A DNA stretch of 64,000 nt from Octopus sinensis (lineage: Eukaryota). Location of the stretch: assembly GCF_006345805.1 (NCBI RefSeq), contig NC_043021.1:8308001-8372000 (forward strand). Direction: 5' to 3'. The first letter of the stretch is position 1, and every line of letters starts with the position of its first letter. The notes beneath the pieces are model-generated. The model did no database searches and was not told the origin of the DNA. It worked only from the letters and a program-made list of their open reading frames with translations. The position numbers and the translations under genes were made by a program. Shown here in pieces: positions 1-11,641 of this stretch.

Positions 1-829
1 TTTAATCGACCCCGGAAGGATGAAAGGCAAAGTCGACCTCGGCGGAATTTGAACTCAGAACATAACAGCAGACGAAATACCGCTAGGCATTGCGCCCGAC
101 GTGCTAACGTATCTGCCAACTCGCCGCCTTTTTAAAAAACAGATGAAATACCTATTTCTTTACTACCCACAAGGGGCTAAACACAGAGAGAACAATCAAG
201 GACAGACATAGGTATTAAGTCGATTATATCGACCCCAGTGCGTAACTGGTACTTACTTAATCGACCCCGAAAGGATGAAAGGCAAAGTCGACCTCGGCGG
301 AATTTGAACTCAGAACGTAGCGGCAGATGAAATACCTATTTCTTTACTACCCACAAGGGGCTAAACACAGAGAGGACAAACAAGGACAGACAAACGGATT
401 AAGTCGATTATATCGACCCCAGTGAGGTAACTGGTACTTATTTAATCGACCCCGAAAGGATGAATGGCAAAGTCGACCTCGGCGGAATTTGAACTCAGAA
501 CGTAACGGCAGACGAAATACGGCTACGCATTGCGCCCGACGTGCTAACGTTTCTGCCAACACGCCGCCTTTTTAAAAAACAGACGAAATACTTATTTCTT
601 TACTACCCACAAGGGGCTAAACACAGAGAGGACAAACAAGGACAGACAAACGGATGAAGTCGATTATATCAACCCCAGTGCGTGACTGGTACTTAATTTA
701 TCGACCCCGAAAGGATGAAAGGCAAAGTCGACCTCGGCGGAATTTGAACTCAGAACGTAACGGCAGACGAAATACGGCTACGCACTTCGCCCGGCGTGCT
801 GACGTTTCTACCAGCTCGCCGCCCTCATA
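1..829 (-). mobile_element. Tandem array of tRNA-derived SINE (family A): full and head-truncated units
   Basis: Repeated ~200-bp units (aatcgaccccgaaaggatgaaaggcaaagtcgacctcggcggaatttgaactcagaacg). The minus strand has an A-box-like TGGCAGAAACG and B-box GTTCAAATTCC; the tail is gtttagccccttgtgggtagtaaagaaatagg. Confidence 0.85.
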
Positions 830-1348
830 TATATATATGAGGATGGTGTATATACATATGCGTGCATACGTATATACACTCCTGTACTCCTACATACTTA
901 CATAATGTACATATGTAGGTCTCATGTAGATCATATGACTATTTTTCATTTCACGTGCTTAAAGTGGGAGGCAGATTGTTCACTGTTAACGTCATCCGCC
1001 ATATTGAGTTGCTTACTGGACTCAGTACAGATCAATTCGGAATGTTTCAATGATGCTAACGGAAGGAAATATATATCTGCATGGAAAACCACTTGAGACC
1101 TACATTCTCTCCCTTTCCGAAATCCACTGAACTATATTTGTGCGCTCTCAAAGCTTTCATTGTCCTCCCAAAAAATACTTAAATTTAAGCTGTTGGACTG
1201 ATTTCTCCTCACTTCCGTTTTGTTCATCAAATATACTATCTTTTTACGTAACTGCTACTACTTATAGCTCTCGGAGTGGAATCCTGTCCTTGGCCTCCCA
1301 GTCTACTAGAAAAAAAGCTGTCAAATTTCAAACGACACATTAACCTGC

Positions 1349-1607
1349 CATCATCATCATCATCATCATCGTCGTCGTCGCGTCGTCGTCGTCGTCGTCA
1401 TCATCATCATCATCATCATCATCGTGTCGCCGTCGTCGTCGTCGTCGTCATCATCATCATCATCATCATCATCGTCGTCGTCGTCGTCGTCGTCGTCGTC
1501 ATCATCATCATCGTCATGTCATCGTCGTCATCGTCATCATCATCATCATCATCGTCGTCGTCGTCGTCGTCGTCTATTCATCATCATCGTCATCGTCATC
1601 GTCGTCG

Positions 1608-1642
<35 letters not shown>

Positions 1643-1700
1643 GTCGTCGTCGTCGTCGTCGTCGTCGTCATCGTCATCGTCATCGTCGTCATCGTCATCG

Positions 1701-1745
<45 letters not shown>

Positions 1746-1772
1746 CCACCGTCGTCGTCGTCGTCGTCATCG
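1349..1772. repeat. Compound (CAT/CGT)n trinucleotide tract, expanded tail of the adjacent retroposon
   Basis: ~420 bp of alternating CAT and CGT blocks. It abuts cgtttaacgtcc, the same end that is followed by (GAT)n at 45870-45890. Confidence 0.9.
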
Positions 1773-2050
1773 TTTAACGTCCATATTCCATCCATGCATG
1801 GGTAGGACGGTTAACAGGAGCCGGCCACGTAGAAAAACTACCCTAGGCTACTGCGTCTGTTTTGGCAGGAATTTTACGGCTGGATGCCCTTCCTAACACC
1901 AACCGCTCTGCAGAGTGGTCTCACTTTTTACGTGGCACTAGCACAGGTGAGGTTAGTTTTGGCATGATTTTTACAGTTGGATGCTCTTCCAAACGTCATG
2001 CGTTACGGTGTGAACCGGATGCTTTTAACGCGGCACCAGCACCGACAGAG
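1773..2050 (-). mobile_element. RTE-type LINE/SINE 3' end
   Basis: Motif tttacggctggatgcccttcctaacaccaacc; the same family occurs on + at 45755-45890, ending ggacgttaaacgatgatgatg. Confidence 0.55.
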
Positions 2051-2317
2051 TAGCCAAGTAACTCGCAAGACGAGGAATTATGAGAGGGACAGGGCATTTG
2101 AGGAGGGGAACTTGTATCAGAGTATAAAAAGGTTGGAGTGTGACAAAGAGACAGAGAGACAGAAGCAGGTGTCTTGTCACAACAAAGGTGGGCATTAGAG
2201 GAGGTGATCCGGTATCAGATAATGAAAGGTGAGAGTGTAACAGAGAAACAGGGAAGCAGGAATAGGTGCCTTGCTATAGAGGAGGTACATGGTTACCCAG
2301 TGAGGGTGAGTCAGAGA

Positions 2318-2361
<44 letters not shown>

Positions 2362-2501
2362 GAGAGAGAGATACAAGAAAGAGGCCAGAAACAAGTGTGC
2401 TGATGTAAAGGAGATACTTGGTTACCTAGTCAGAGGAAAACAATATATATATAAAAAGGATGTGTTGTATACTATTCCACAACCATACCAACACTCTAAC
2501 A

Positions 2502-2755
2502 CAGTGCTTTTCAAACTTTTTGCTGGAGCGGAACCCCAAGGAAACATTCTACTGGCTCGGGGAACCCCTGTTCAATAATTTAATAGTCTTATGCACACAT
2601 ATCTGCACAGGGGAATAAAACATTACTGCCGATTTTTGCAGTTTTGTAACTTCTTGCGGAACCCCTGGACTGTACTGGCGGAACCCTAAGGTCCCACGGA
2701 ACTCTAAGGTCCCGCGGAACTCTAAGGTCCCGCGGAACCCTGGTTGAAACCACTG
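2502..2755. mobile_element. hAT/Charlie-like MITE
   Basis: TIRs CAGTGCTTTTCAA...TTGAAACCACTG and an internal 18-bp repeat (ggaactctaaggtcccgc) x3. TSD not matching. Confidence 0.65.
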
Positions 2756-2781
2756 TCCTAGATAAATATATATATATAATA

Positions 2782-2821
<40 letters not shown>

Positions 2822-3052
2822 TTATATATATAATTATATATATAGTAAGAATGTGTTGCTTGTGTGTGTGAGGACGCATGATCTAGTGGTTACGTTGTTG
2901 CACTTGCGATCGCGAGTTTGTGGTTTCGAAAACTGAACACTCATACGTCGTCTCCCAGGTGTCAAAACCATAATGATATCCGTAGGGCAGCTGATGATGG
3001 AGGTATGTTGGAGTGTTGGTATGGATGTGGAATAGTATACAACACATCCTTT

Positions 3053-3103
<51 letters not shown>

Positions 3104-3703
3104 ATATACTACTCCGTTTTTAGATTTGGTTTACCAGATTCTTTATGTGAGTTCGTGTGTTGAAGCATATTTTGTTGTGTCTGGGGAGAGTCATTCTCTT
3201 TTAGAGCCTTTTTTATTTAACACACTCACCTGTAAAATTTCCACTCATTTATATATTTATTTTTCCTAAAATTTTCATTGCGTCTTGCAACCTTTTCAAT
3301 AGTCGTTGACCCTGTCAGTTAACTCTGTTCGTTATACGCAAACAAAAAATTTTAAAAACGCACAACACCGCATTGGGCCTAAAATTTTACTTGCGCAATT
3401 GAGGGCAAGGTGACTTTCCGTTACCCGATCGAGTTGTGGGGTGCCGCGATAAGCATGAAGCAGCGGCCGTGAAATGCTGGTATAATTACCCGATTGTTGG
3501 CATTTTGCATGGGCAATGGCCAGTGGTAGTCTTCTATGGTCACGCGTAACCCCTATGTCTGTCTGTCTGTATGTCTGTCTGTCTGTCTGTATGTATGTAT
3601 GTATGTATGTATGTATGTATGTATGTATGCATGCATGTATATATGCATGCAAGTATGTTCATATGTATGTACGTTTGTATGTATTTGAGTGTATGTATGT
3701 ATG

Positions 3704-3917
3704 TACTCCCTTTACTCTTTTACTTGTTTCAGTCATTTGACTGCGGCCATGCTGGAGCACCGCCTTTAATCGAGCAACTCAATCCCGGGACTTATTCTTT
3801 GTAAGCCCAGTACTTATTCTATCGGTTTCTTTTGCCGAACCGCTAAGTGACGGGGACATAAACACACCAGCCACATCTGTTGTTAAGCAATGCTAGGGGG
3901 ACAAACACAGACACACA

Positions 3918-3989
<72 letters not shown>

Positions 3990-4173
3990 AATATATATAT
4001 ACGAAGGGCTTCTTTCAATTTCCGTTTCCGTCTACAATCCATTCACAAGCTTTGGTCGGCGGCCCGAGGCTATAGTAGAAGACACTTGCCCAAGGTGCCA
4101 TGCAGTGGGACTGAACCCGGAACCATGTGGTTGGTAAACAAGCTACTTACCACACAGCCACTCCTGCGCCTAT
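3704..4173 (-). mobile_element. tRNA-derived SINE family B with internal (TA)n
   Basis: Head gcaggagtggctgtgtggtaag...ggttccgggttcagtccc; tail ccagcatggccgcagtcaaatgactgaaacaagtaaaagagt. Near-identical copies occur elsewhere in the window. Confidence 0.85.
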
Positions 4174-4539
4174 ATGTATGTATGTATTTGCGTCGGTGTT
4201 TGCGAGTGAGTTTTAAAATAGCTATCGCAATTTTTTTTTTTTTTTTAGTATTTCGTTATTTCAAACAACTGAGATGTCCATCCCCATAATTCCCTGTTCA
4301 AAATCAGACTTTTTTTTTACTTATTTTAGGCACATGAAGAGAATACTTTGATGTAAACTCCTACTTTATTCTTTCGATGAGGAAGTGAATTCTTCATTTT
4401 GATTTCCGTTATGTCAAAGCACCGAAATGACCTTTGTATAATATAACAATTTTTTTAATTCCATTTTCCGCATTTTTCTTTTTCTTACCCTCTCTTCATT
4501 CCAATAACGCCAACAAATTTTTCAGGGGATCTCTCTCGG

Positions 4540-4860
4540 CGAAAGGCCATCTTTACTATAACTAGGACAGCATTCCTCGGACTATAATTCCTCTTCAGCT
4601 CCCAACGATTACTGACATTCTACAAAGCTCAAGTGAGGATCAAAATGGAGTACTGCAACCACATTCTGGGCCACATACAGAGAAGGATCATTCAACTGAT
4701 TGGTGCCAAATCATCCACAGACACGCCCCAGATAATCGACCCCAAAAGCGTACTGTCTCCTCACTAGGTCTTTTCCATCCCTACTATAATGACCCCTGGC
4801 CTTCAAAGCTGATAGATCTTGTACGTCCTACATTCGTTTCTCTGACTCATATCTCAAGGT
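4540..4860 (+). mobile_element. Degenerate CR1/Jockey-group LINE ORF2 C-terminal fragment
   Basis: Translates to LLTFYKAQVRIKMEYCNHI...IQRRIIQLIG, matching the YKAQVRPxMEYCSH...IQRRAxRLI pattern. Confidence 0.6.
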
Positions 4861-5296
4861 TGACATAAGACAGAGAGTCAACCAGAAGTCCCATGCAAAG
4901 CACTATGTCGAGTTCTTTGGGTTTTTTTTTTTTTACCAAAATATAAGCAAGTTTGAACGGAATCGTTATGCCTTAAGATGATTGGTTTGGGGTTCTGAAG
5001 GGTCATGGGATCTGTCTCTGGCATCAGACTCAGTAGATAGAGGGAGTTTCTGTTATTCCTTATAATGTCAACAGCTTCTTGCTTCTCTGCCAGTCCTTCT
5101 TTTAAATATATTATAAGGTATTTCTTTAGCTCTGTAGGAACATTTCCACTTCGCTCGATTGTTGAATACTGAGTCACAAGAATATAAAACGCCATTTGAC
5201 TGTGCTTCAACTAGACCAGCGGTTCTCAACTAGGGGCCACATGGCCCTCGGGGATCCATATAAGATTTTGTTGTTAAATTTTAAGTGCAATAAATT

Positions 5297-5714
5297 ACTC
5301 TCTTTTACTCTCTTTTACTTGTTTCAGTCAGTTGACTGTGGCCATGCTGGAGCACCGCCTTTAGTCGAGCACGTCGAACCCAGGGCTTATTCTTTGTTAG
5401 CCTAGTACTTATTCTACCGGTCTCTTTTGCCGAACCGCTAAGTTGCGGGGACGTAAACACCAGCATCGGTTGGCAAGCGATGTTGGGGGGGGGGACAAAC
5501 ACAGACACACAAACATATACACACACACACATATATATATACATATATACGACGGGCTTCTTTCAGTTTCCGTCTACCAAAATCCACTCACAAGGCTTTG
5601 GTTGGCCCTGGCTATAGTAGGAGACACTTGCCCAAAATGCCACGCAGTGGGACTGAACCCGGAACCATGTAGTTCATAAGCAAGCTACTTACCACACAAC
5701 CACTCCTGCGCCTA
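5297..5714 (-). mobile_element. SINE family B
   Basis: Same head and tail as 3704-4173. Confidence 0.85.
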
Positions 5715-5719
5715 TATTT

Positions 5720-5800
5720 GTCAGCAACTAGCCATGAGACTCGAACTTGCATCCTTTTGATTACTGGTCAAATGCTTTATCAATTATGCTAAACTGCCCA
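5720..5800 (-). pseudogene. Degenerate tRNA-like sequence (possibly Thr-AGT derived)
   Basis: Minus strand ggcagtttagcataattgataaagcatttgaccagtaatcaaaaggatgcaagttcgagtc has A/B-box-like motifs, but the stems are broken. Confidence 0.35.
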
Positions 5801-5999
5801 CTGACATTGGTTAAATTTCTACAATACACAAGATATTTTAACAATTTTTCATAGAATTCCAAATAATATTCAATCATGAAAATATAATAGGACTTTTTTA
5901 GACATCGAACAGCTATAAGGATCTACCGAAGTAAAACAAGTATCAAAGGGATCCATAGGTAAAAACAAATGGTTGAGAACCACTGATCTGGATCTTTAA

Positions 6000-6640
6000 C
6001 CCTTTTGTTACCATATTTCTGTTGAGATGCTCTGTGTTTCTTTCAATTAATTTAAAATATAACAAAGAATTTAGTAAAATAACTTAGTTATCATTAAGCT
6101 TCGGTACATAAAGCTTCGGTACATTGAGGTACAGCCCAAATTTCTCACTCTCCCTCTTGACCAGCAGGACAAGATCCTCCAGATCCTTACCACTCTCCGC
6201 CAGCAGGGTTGTATCATCTGCATAGCGAAGGTTATTAATATTTCTTTCTCCAATCCTCACTCCAATGCTGTTATCCCCCAGGCCTGCAGTCCTCATGACC
6301 TTTTCAGCGTACATGTTGAAGGCTGCTGGTGACACGATGCAACCTTGCCAAGTACCTTTTCCAATCTCAAACCAATCAGTGTCGCCAAGAGTGATACCGG
6401 AATGGACATAGCGAATCTGAAATAAGCGGCCCAGGATAGAACTGACTGGAGGACACTGATCCATGGAGTAACCGAGGGTCGACTTCGACTGAGCGGATAG
6501 ATAGATAGATCATTAAGCTAGTGTTAGGAACACAAATTGTGATTAAGGTTTGGTGGAAGATTTTAATTCATAACTTATGAAAACAAGACATTTGTACTAC
6601 AGAGCCAGAGCCGGTTTTGGCCAGGTTGGTAACGAAAGGG
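6000..6640. mobile_element. piggyBac-like MITE (TTAA TSD) carrying a nested RTE insertion
   Basis: TTAA at 5996-5999 and 6641-6644; TIRs CCCTTTTGTTACC / GGTAACGAAAGGG. Uninterrupted relative at 43523-43735. Confidence 0.8.
6101..6508. mobile_element. 5'-inverted, internally deleted RTE-clade LINE insertion with 11-bp TSD
   Basis: 6101-~6410 (-) encodes RT motifs (GKGTWQGC...NNLRYADD). ~6412-6500 (+) encodes an RTE C-terminus, AAQDRTDWRTLIHGVTEGRLRLSG*, followed by (GATA)n. TSD atcattaagct at 6090-6100 and 6509-6519. Confidence 0.85.
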
Positions 6641-7346
6641 TTAAGAGGGGAGATATGACACAGAAGTCTCTTTGTTACCTCTGTTTTGTTTTTTTTTAGC
6701 CTTTTCCAGAAAGTTCATCTCTTATAGTCTTTTAGTGACTTTGGATTGTTGACACAATTCACATGCGTGCGGCTGATCCCATTATCTCCACTTGTATTAC
6801 TTCCAAACAATAACACTAATTCATCTTTAGCAACTAAAAAAAAAAGATCTTAGCATTAAAAATTTATCATTGCTCTGTCTATGAGATTTCTTGCTGGTAT
6901 GCGCCTCCAAAATTGGCGTCTTTCATTATCATTAACAATTTGTGGAACATGTGAAACTATAGTCTTCTGTTATTTCTTTCAATTATTCCGTGAATATGTT
7001 TGTTGCTGAAATATCAGCTCTCGCAGCTTCCTACAATTCTTGCCAGCCAGCTCATAAAAGCAGTCATTGCATACTGTACATGTTTCTTTACAGCCACATT
7101 TTTTCTTGTCTTTAAGTAACTTAAAAATAGAGAAAGCCTTAACACAACAGTTTATGGACGCGTGCAAGTATCGTGTTTAATCGGTTATCCATCTCGATAA
7201 CTGCAAGAAATTCGGCTGACTATTTCTGAATCATGCACTCTTGTAGACCGTAAAGCTTGCGGACTTTTCATTTGTTTCAGACAGTTTTTGATCTATTATA
7301 ATCGCACACGTAGCTAATTGAGCAAGAAAATTTGAAGGTTATATTT

Positions 7347-7445
<99 letters not shown>

Positions 7446-7454
7446 TGTGTGTGT

Positions 7455-7760
7455 GAAGGCTCGTCGTTCAGTGAGTTCGTTTCCCGGATTGGGCTGTGTT
7501 GTGTTCTTGAGCAAGACACTTTATTTCACGTTGCTCCAGTTCACTCAGCTGTAGAAATGAGCTGTTACGTCACTAGTGCTAAGCTGTATCGGCCCCTTTG
7601 CCTTTCCCTTGGTTAACATTGGTGGCGTAGAGAGGGGAGGCTGATATGCATGGGCGACTTTTTGCCTTCCATAAACAACCTCACCCGGACTTGCGCCTAA
7701 GAGGGTAACTTTCAAGGTGCAATACCATGGTCATTCATGACCGAAGGGAGTCTTTACCCT
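7455..7760 (+). mobile_element. SINE with CORE/V-like central domain (family C group)
   Basis: gtgttcttgagcaagacactttatttcacgttgctccagttcactcagctg, shared with 48629-48868 and 49996-50245. Confidence 0.65.
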
Positions 7761-7848
7761 ATTTATATTCACACGCATTTATATTCGCCATGATTGATCG
7801 CTAGCCACTAAACCATTTTCCATTTTCTCTCTCTGTTTATTTCTGTTA

Positions 7849-7884
7849 CTTTCTGTTGAAGAGCGTAGGCTCGAAACGTAAAAG
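7849..7884 (+). ncRNA. Hammerhead-like motif, core variant (family HH-A)
   Basis: CTTT CTGTTGA A GAGC-gtag-GCTC GAA ACGT A AAAG. Stems I and II and the palindromic helix III pair; core position 6 is U instead of A. Confidence 0.45.
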
Positions 7885-8258
7885 ACTTTCTAACTTCCCA
7901 AGCGTTAAACTAATACATTTGTTTGTTGTTTACGCACTCGTCTTCGTCTTTTGTTTTGTTTGTTTCTTTTTTGGGAAATTCCAACTATATATATATTTAA
8001 ATAATGAGGGAGATAAATTTAATATTCATTTAATTAATATCAATTTAAAACCAGTAGCCTAGCATACAAAAATCTGAAAAATCAGAGAAAATTCTAATAC
8101 ATGTGTATATTCAAAGGGCAAGACTACAAGGTAGTCGGCCGTATGCTAGAAATAGATCACCTACGATCAAACTACAAAGAAAAGAATGTTCTCTTGAGGA
8201 AAATTCAGCGGACACCAGAACAATTAGGCGGGCAAGACAGATGAAAATTCAGAATTAC

Positions 8259-8334
8259 TCACAGACCAGCGGTTTCATCTATTAACAAATGAATTGCTTA
8301 TATAATCCAATTGTCCGTAGACTCGTCAGTGCGA
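8259..8334 (-). ncRNA. Type-I hammerhead ribozyme motif
   Basis: TCGCA CTGACGA GTCTA-(36 nt)-TAGAT GAA ACC-gct-GGT C TGTGA. Canonical core, GUC site, 5-bp stems I and II. Confidence 0.65.
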
Positions 8335-8453
8335 TCGTTCCACAGGTAATGTAATTTGTAAAACTAACCACCAGCTTTCCGTACCAAAACAGACACGTGT
8401 TTAGTTTTACCGATTACATTAGGGATAATTTCAAATGTCTAATACATGTGTAT

Positions 8454-8579
8454 TAAAAAGACTCGTTTGAAACAGCTGTAGTGAATGAACCAATTCCCAT
8501 CTGTTGTTTTATATATATATATAAAACAACAGATGGGAATTGGTTCATTCACTACAGCTGTTTCAAACGAGTCTTTTTA
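8454..8579. repeat. Perfect 126-bp palindrome centred on (AT)6
   Basis: Arms are exact reverse complements and each carries GAAACAGCTGTA. Confidence 0.9.
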
Positions 8580-8977
8580 TTGATGAACAGAGTTATTACA
8601 GCATGCGAAATAAAAACATTTTCTTCGGGTGAATATACACGAATTCAACATCTTTTAAAAAAAAACATTTCAATAGTCAACATTATGTGCCACTTCATAA
8701 TTCATGGCTAGCTTCAGCTAAAGAATGATTCACTTACCTTAGTTAGTAGTTTATACAGGAAAAAAAATTAGGGTGACAGGAGGGGAAAGGAAAGTAGGGA
8801 AGAAATAGTAGTGGAAGTAAGAAAACAAAATGGGAAGGCGTATAAAATATTCTGCTCTAACTACAAAAGATCAGGTAATTATATCTTACCTATAATCTTT
8901 AGCTCTCTGGGCGACAAAGTTCAAGTAAAACAAAGAGATAATGGGGGAGGTAAAAGGTATGTTGTATAGGGAGAAGA

Positions 8978-9033
<56 letters not shown>

Positions 9034-9039
9034 TATATA

Positions 9040-9205
9040 CTTTATTTAAAAGCAGCAGAAAATTCAACAAAACCTTTTACTCTGAGTTTCACGTTCCCGT
9101 TCGTCGGACAGTTTCTGCTGCTTTTAAATAAAGCATATTACTCTACCCCTGGTATTTGAGTACTCTTTTTTTCACCTTGTTTCACATTTATGTGTTTACT
9201 CCGGT
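9040..9205. mobile_element. Short (TA)n-flanked element with inverted 5' part and hammerhead motif (family HH-B)
   Basis: Related copies at 32645-32820 and 58567-58718. Minus strand 9073-9112 reads CTGT CCGACGA ACG-ggaa-CGT GAA ACTC-a-GAGT A AAAG. Confidence 0.7.
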
Positions 9206-9579
9206 ATATATATATATATATATATATAAAATGAGATAGGGGTTGAAAATTCAACCCACCATGGGATAATATATATCCATATACTGCTAGATAGGTACCC
9301 AACAAAATTATACATAGATGTTAAAATTGTCAAACAATCAGTTCATCTATTGCATTATATGGGTAAAGGTAATATATAACCGTAAATTAATACTACAAAA
9401 TTAGAGAATGGAGAAATATACTTAAATCAGTAAAACATCAACTATCCGATGATACTCAATCCATACTTTAATACACATTACATATGAGTAAAGGCAATAC
9501 ATAAAATGAAATGAATATACAGTAATAGTAAAAGATAAAGAGATATAAGTAAAAAATTTTTCAAATATAATATGCAAAT

Positions 9580-9700
9580 AAATCAAAACTGACAGCTGTT
9601 TCGGCAGTGAGACAGTCATACCTCATTTAACCTATAAGCCATAAAGGCAGGTATAAATAGGCATTAAAAGGATGCCCCACGGCCTCTTCAGAGAATTAAA
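9580..9700 (-). ncRNA. Hammerhead motif with extended stem II (left arm)
   Basis: CTGAAGA GGCcGTGGGGCA...TGTCTCACtGCC GAA ACAGCTGT C ag. Confidence 0.55.
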
Positions 9701-10669
9701 TTAAATTTGTTATAATAGTGAAAAATATTATACAATCATATACATATAAATATAAAAATATAAAAATTAAAATATAAAAGCTTATACATCATAAAGCTAC
9801 ACTTATATAATATAAACACATTTGTACAAAAAAGGAAGGTAAACAGAACAAAATAAAAAATATATAATAGTGTATATATTAATATCAATAAGTACCGATA
9901 TTATACATATTGGCTAATAGTTTTTTTATATATATAAAAAAAAGGCTAACATATATGGAGATGAAAAATAATAATTAAATCCGTGGTACAGTTCATAAGA
10001 TTCTAAAGCTATAAAAGTTAATAAAAATTACTATTAATAATAATAATAATATAATAATAATAATATAATAATAATAATAATAATAAAAAATATAATAAAA
10101 AATAGATACAGTTAAGTTAGCCCCAAGTCCATCCTTACAAGATCGAAATAACTATGAGTTAAGAAATGCTGACCACTCAGTGGTCAGCATTCTTAACTCA
10201 TAGTTATTTCGATCTTGTAAGGATGGACTTGGTGCTAACTTAACTGTATCTATTTTTTATTATATTTTTTTTATTATTATTATTATTATTATATTATTAT
10301 TATTATTATTATTATTATATTATTATTATTATTAATAGTAATTTTTATTAACTTTTATAGCTTTAGAATCTTATGAACTGTACCACGGATTTAATTATTA
10401 TTTTCATCTCCATATATGTTAGCCTTTTTTTATATATATAAAAAAAACTATTAGCCAAATATGTATAATATCGGTACTTATTGATATAATATATACACTA
10501 TTATATATTTTTTTTATTTTGTTCTGTTTACCTTCCTTTTTTGTACAAATGTGTATTATATTATATAAGTGTAGCTTTATGATGTATAAGCTTTTATATT
10601 TTACATTTTTATATTTTTATATTTATATGTATATGATTTATATATTTTTCACTATTATAACAAATTAAT

Positions 10670-10790
10670 TTAATTCTCTGAAGAGGCCGTGGGGCATCCT
10701 TGTTAATGCCTCATTTATACCTGCCTTTATGGCTTATAGGTTAAATGAGGTATGACTGTCCTCACTGCCGAAACAGCTGTCAGTTTTGAT
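10670..10790 (+). ncRNA. Hammerhead motif with extended stem II (right arm)
   Basis: CTGAAGA at 10678-10684, GAAACAGCTGTC at 10770-10781, G10.1-C11.1 pair; predicted GUC site after 10781. Confidence 0.55.
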
Positions 10791-10981
10791 TTATTTGCAT
10801 ATGATATTTGAAAAATTTTTTACTTATATCTCTTTATCTTTTTTACTATACTGTATTCTCATTTCATTTTATGTATTGCCTTTACTCATATGTAATGGTG
10901 TATTAAAGTATGGATTGAGTATCATCGGATAGTTGATGTTTTACTGATTTAAGTATATTTCTCCATTCTCTAATTTTGTAG

Positions 10982-11022
<41 letters not shown>

Positions 11023-11032
11023 ACTCTTTTTC

Positions 11033-11445
11033 TTTACCCTTTTTATTTGTTTCAGCCATTTGACTGCGGCCATGCTGGAGTACCGCCTTTGGTCGAGCAA
11101 ATCGACCCCAGGACTTATTCTTTGTAAGCCTATTACTTATTTTATCGGTCTCTTTTGCCGAACCGCTAAGTTACGGGGACGTATACACACCATCATCGGT
11201 TGTCAAACGATGTTGGGGGAGGGAAAACACAGACACACAAACATATAGACACACACAAACACACACACACATATATATATATGCCAAGCTTCTTTCAGTT
11301 TCCGTCTACCAAATCCACTCACAAGGCTTTGGTCAGCCCGGGGCTATAGTAGAAGACACTTACCCAAGGTGCCACACAATGGGACTGAATCCGGAACCAT
11401 GTGGTTAGGAAGCAAGCTACTTACCACACAGCCACTCCTGCGCCT
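11033..11445 (-). mobile_element. SINE family B
   Basis: Same head and tail as the other copies. Confidence 0.85.
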
Positions 11446-11641
11446 ATATATATATATATATATATACATACATACATACATACATACATACATACATACA
11501 TACATACATACATACATACACATACACACATACAACATACATACATACATACATACATACATACATACTGAGCGAATGGACAAATGAAAGAAAAGGGCAA
11601 TAAACACATTTAATAAGAGTTACATGTATTTTTTAAAACAA

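Larger units (their letters stand above)
5217..5985. mobile_element. hAT/Charlie-like MITE interrupted by a SINE-B copy
   Basis: TIRs CAGCGGTTCTCAAC...GTTGAGAACCACTG; SINE-B nested at 5297-5714. Confidence 0.7.
9392..10982. repeat. ~1.6-kb fold-back (two ~790-bp inverted arms, 1-nt centre at 10178), Penelope-like pLTR-type sequence
   Basis: Centre aatgctgaccact-c-agtggtcagcatt; the arms match along their length with scattered small indels. Confidence 0.8.

Noticed and set aside
1-829. Repeat array superficially like CRISPR
   Set aside because: Eukaryotic context; units are ~200-bp SINE copies without unique spacers, and there are no cas genes.
347-905. ORFs such as MLAETLARRAQC... and ...RPRKDERQSRPRRNLN (also 12386-12847, 25659-25868)
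   Set aside because: Recurrent open frames within SINE-A copies.
3270-3320. Minus-strand TTGAAAA-GGTTGC..GCAAT-GAAAATT, a possible U3-A8 hammerhead variant
   Set aside because: Only a 3-bp stem I and an all-AU helix III; too easily matched by chance in AT-rich DNA.
6979-7167. Cys-rich 62-aa ORF
   Set aside because: No recognisable domain spacing or splice sites; possibly a decayed transposase but unsupported.
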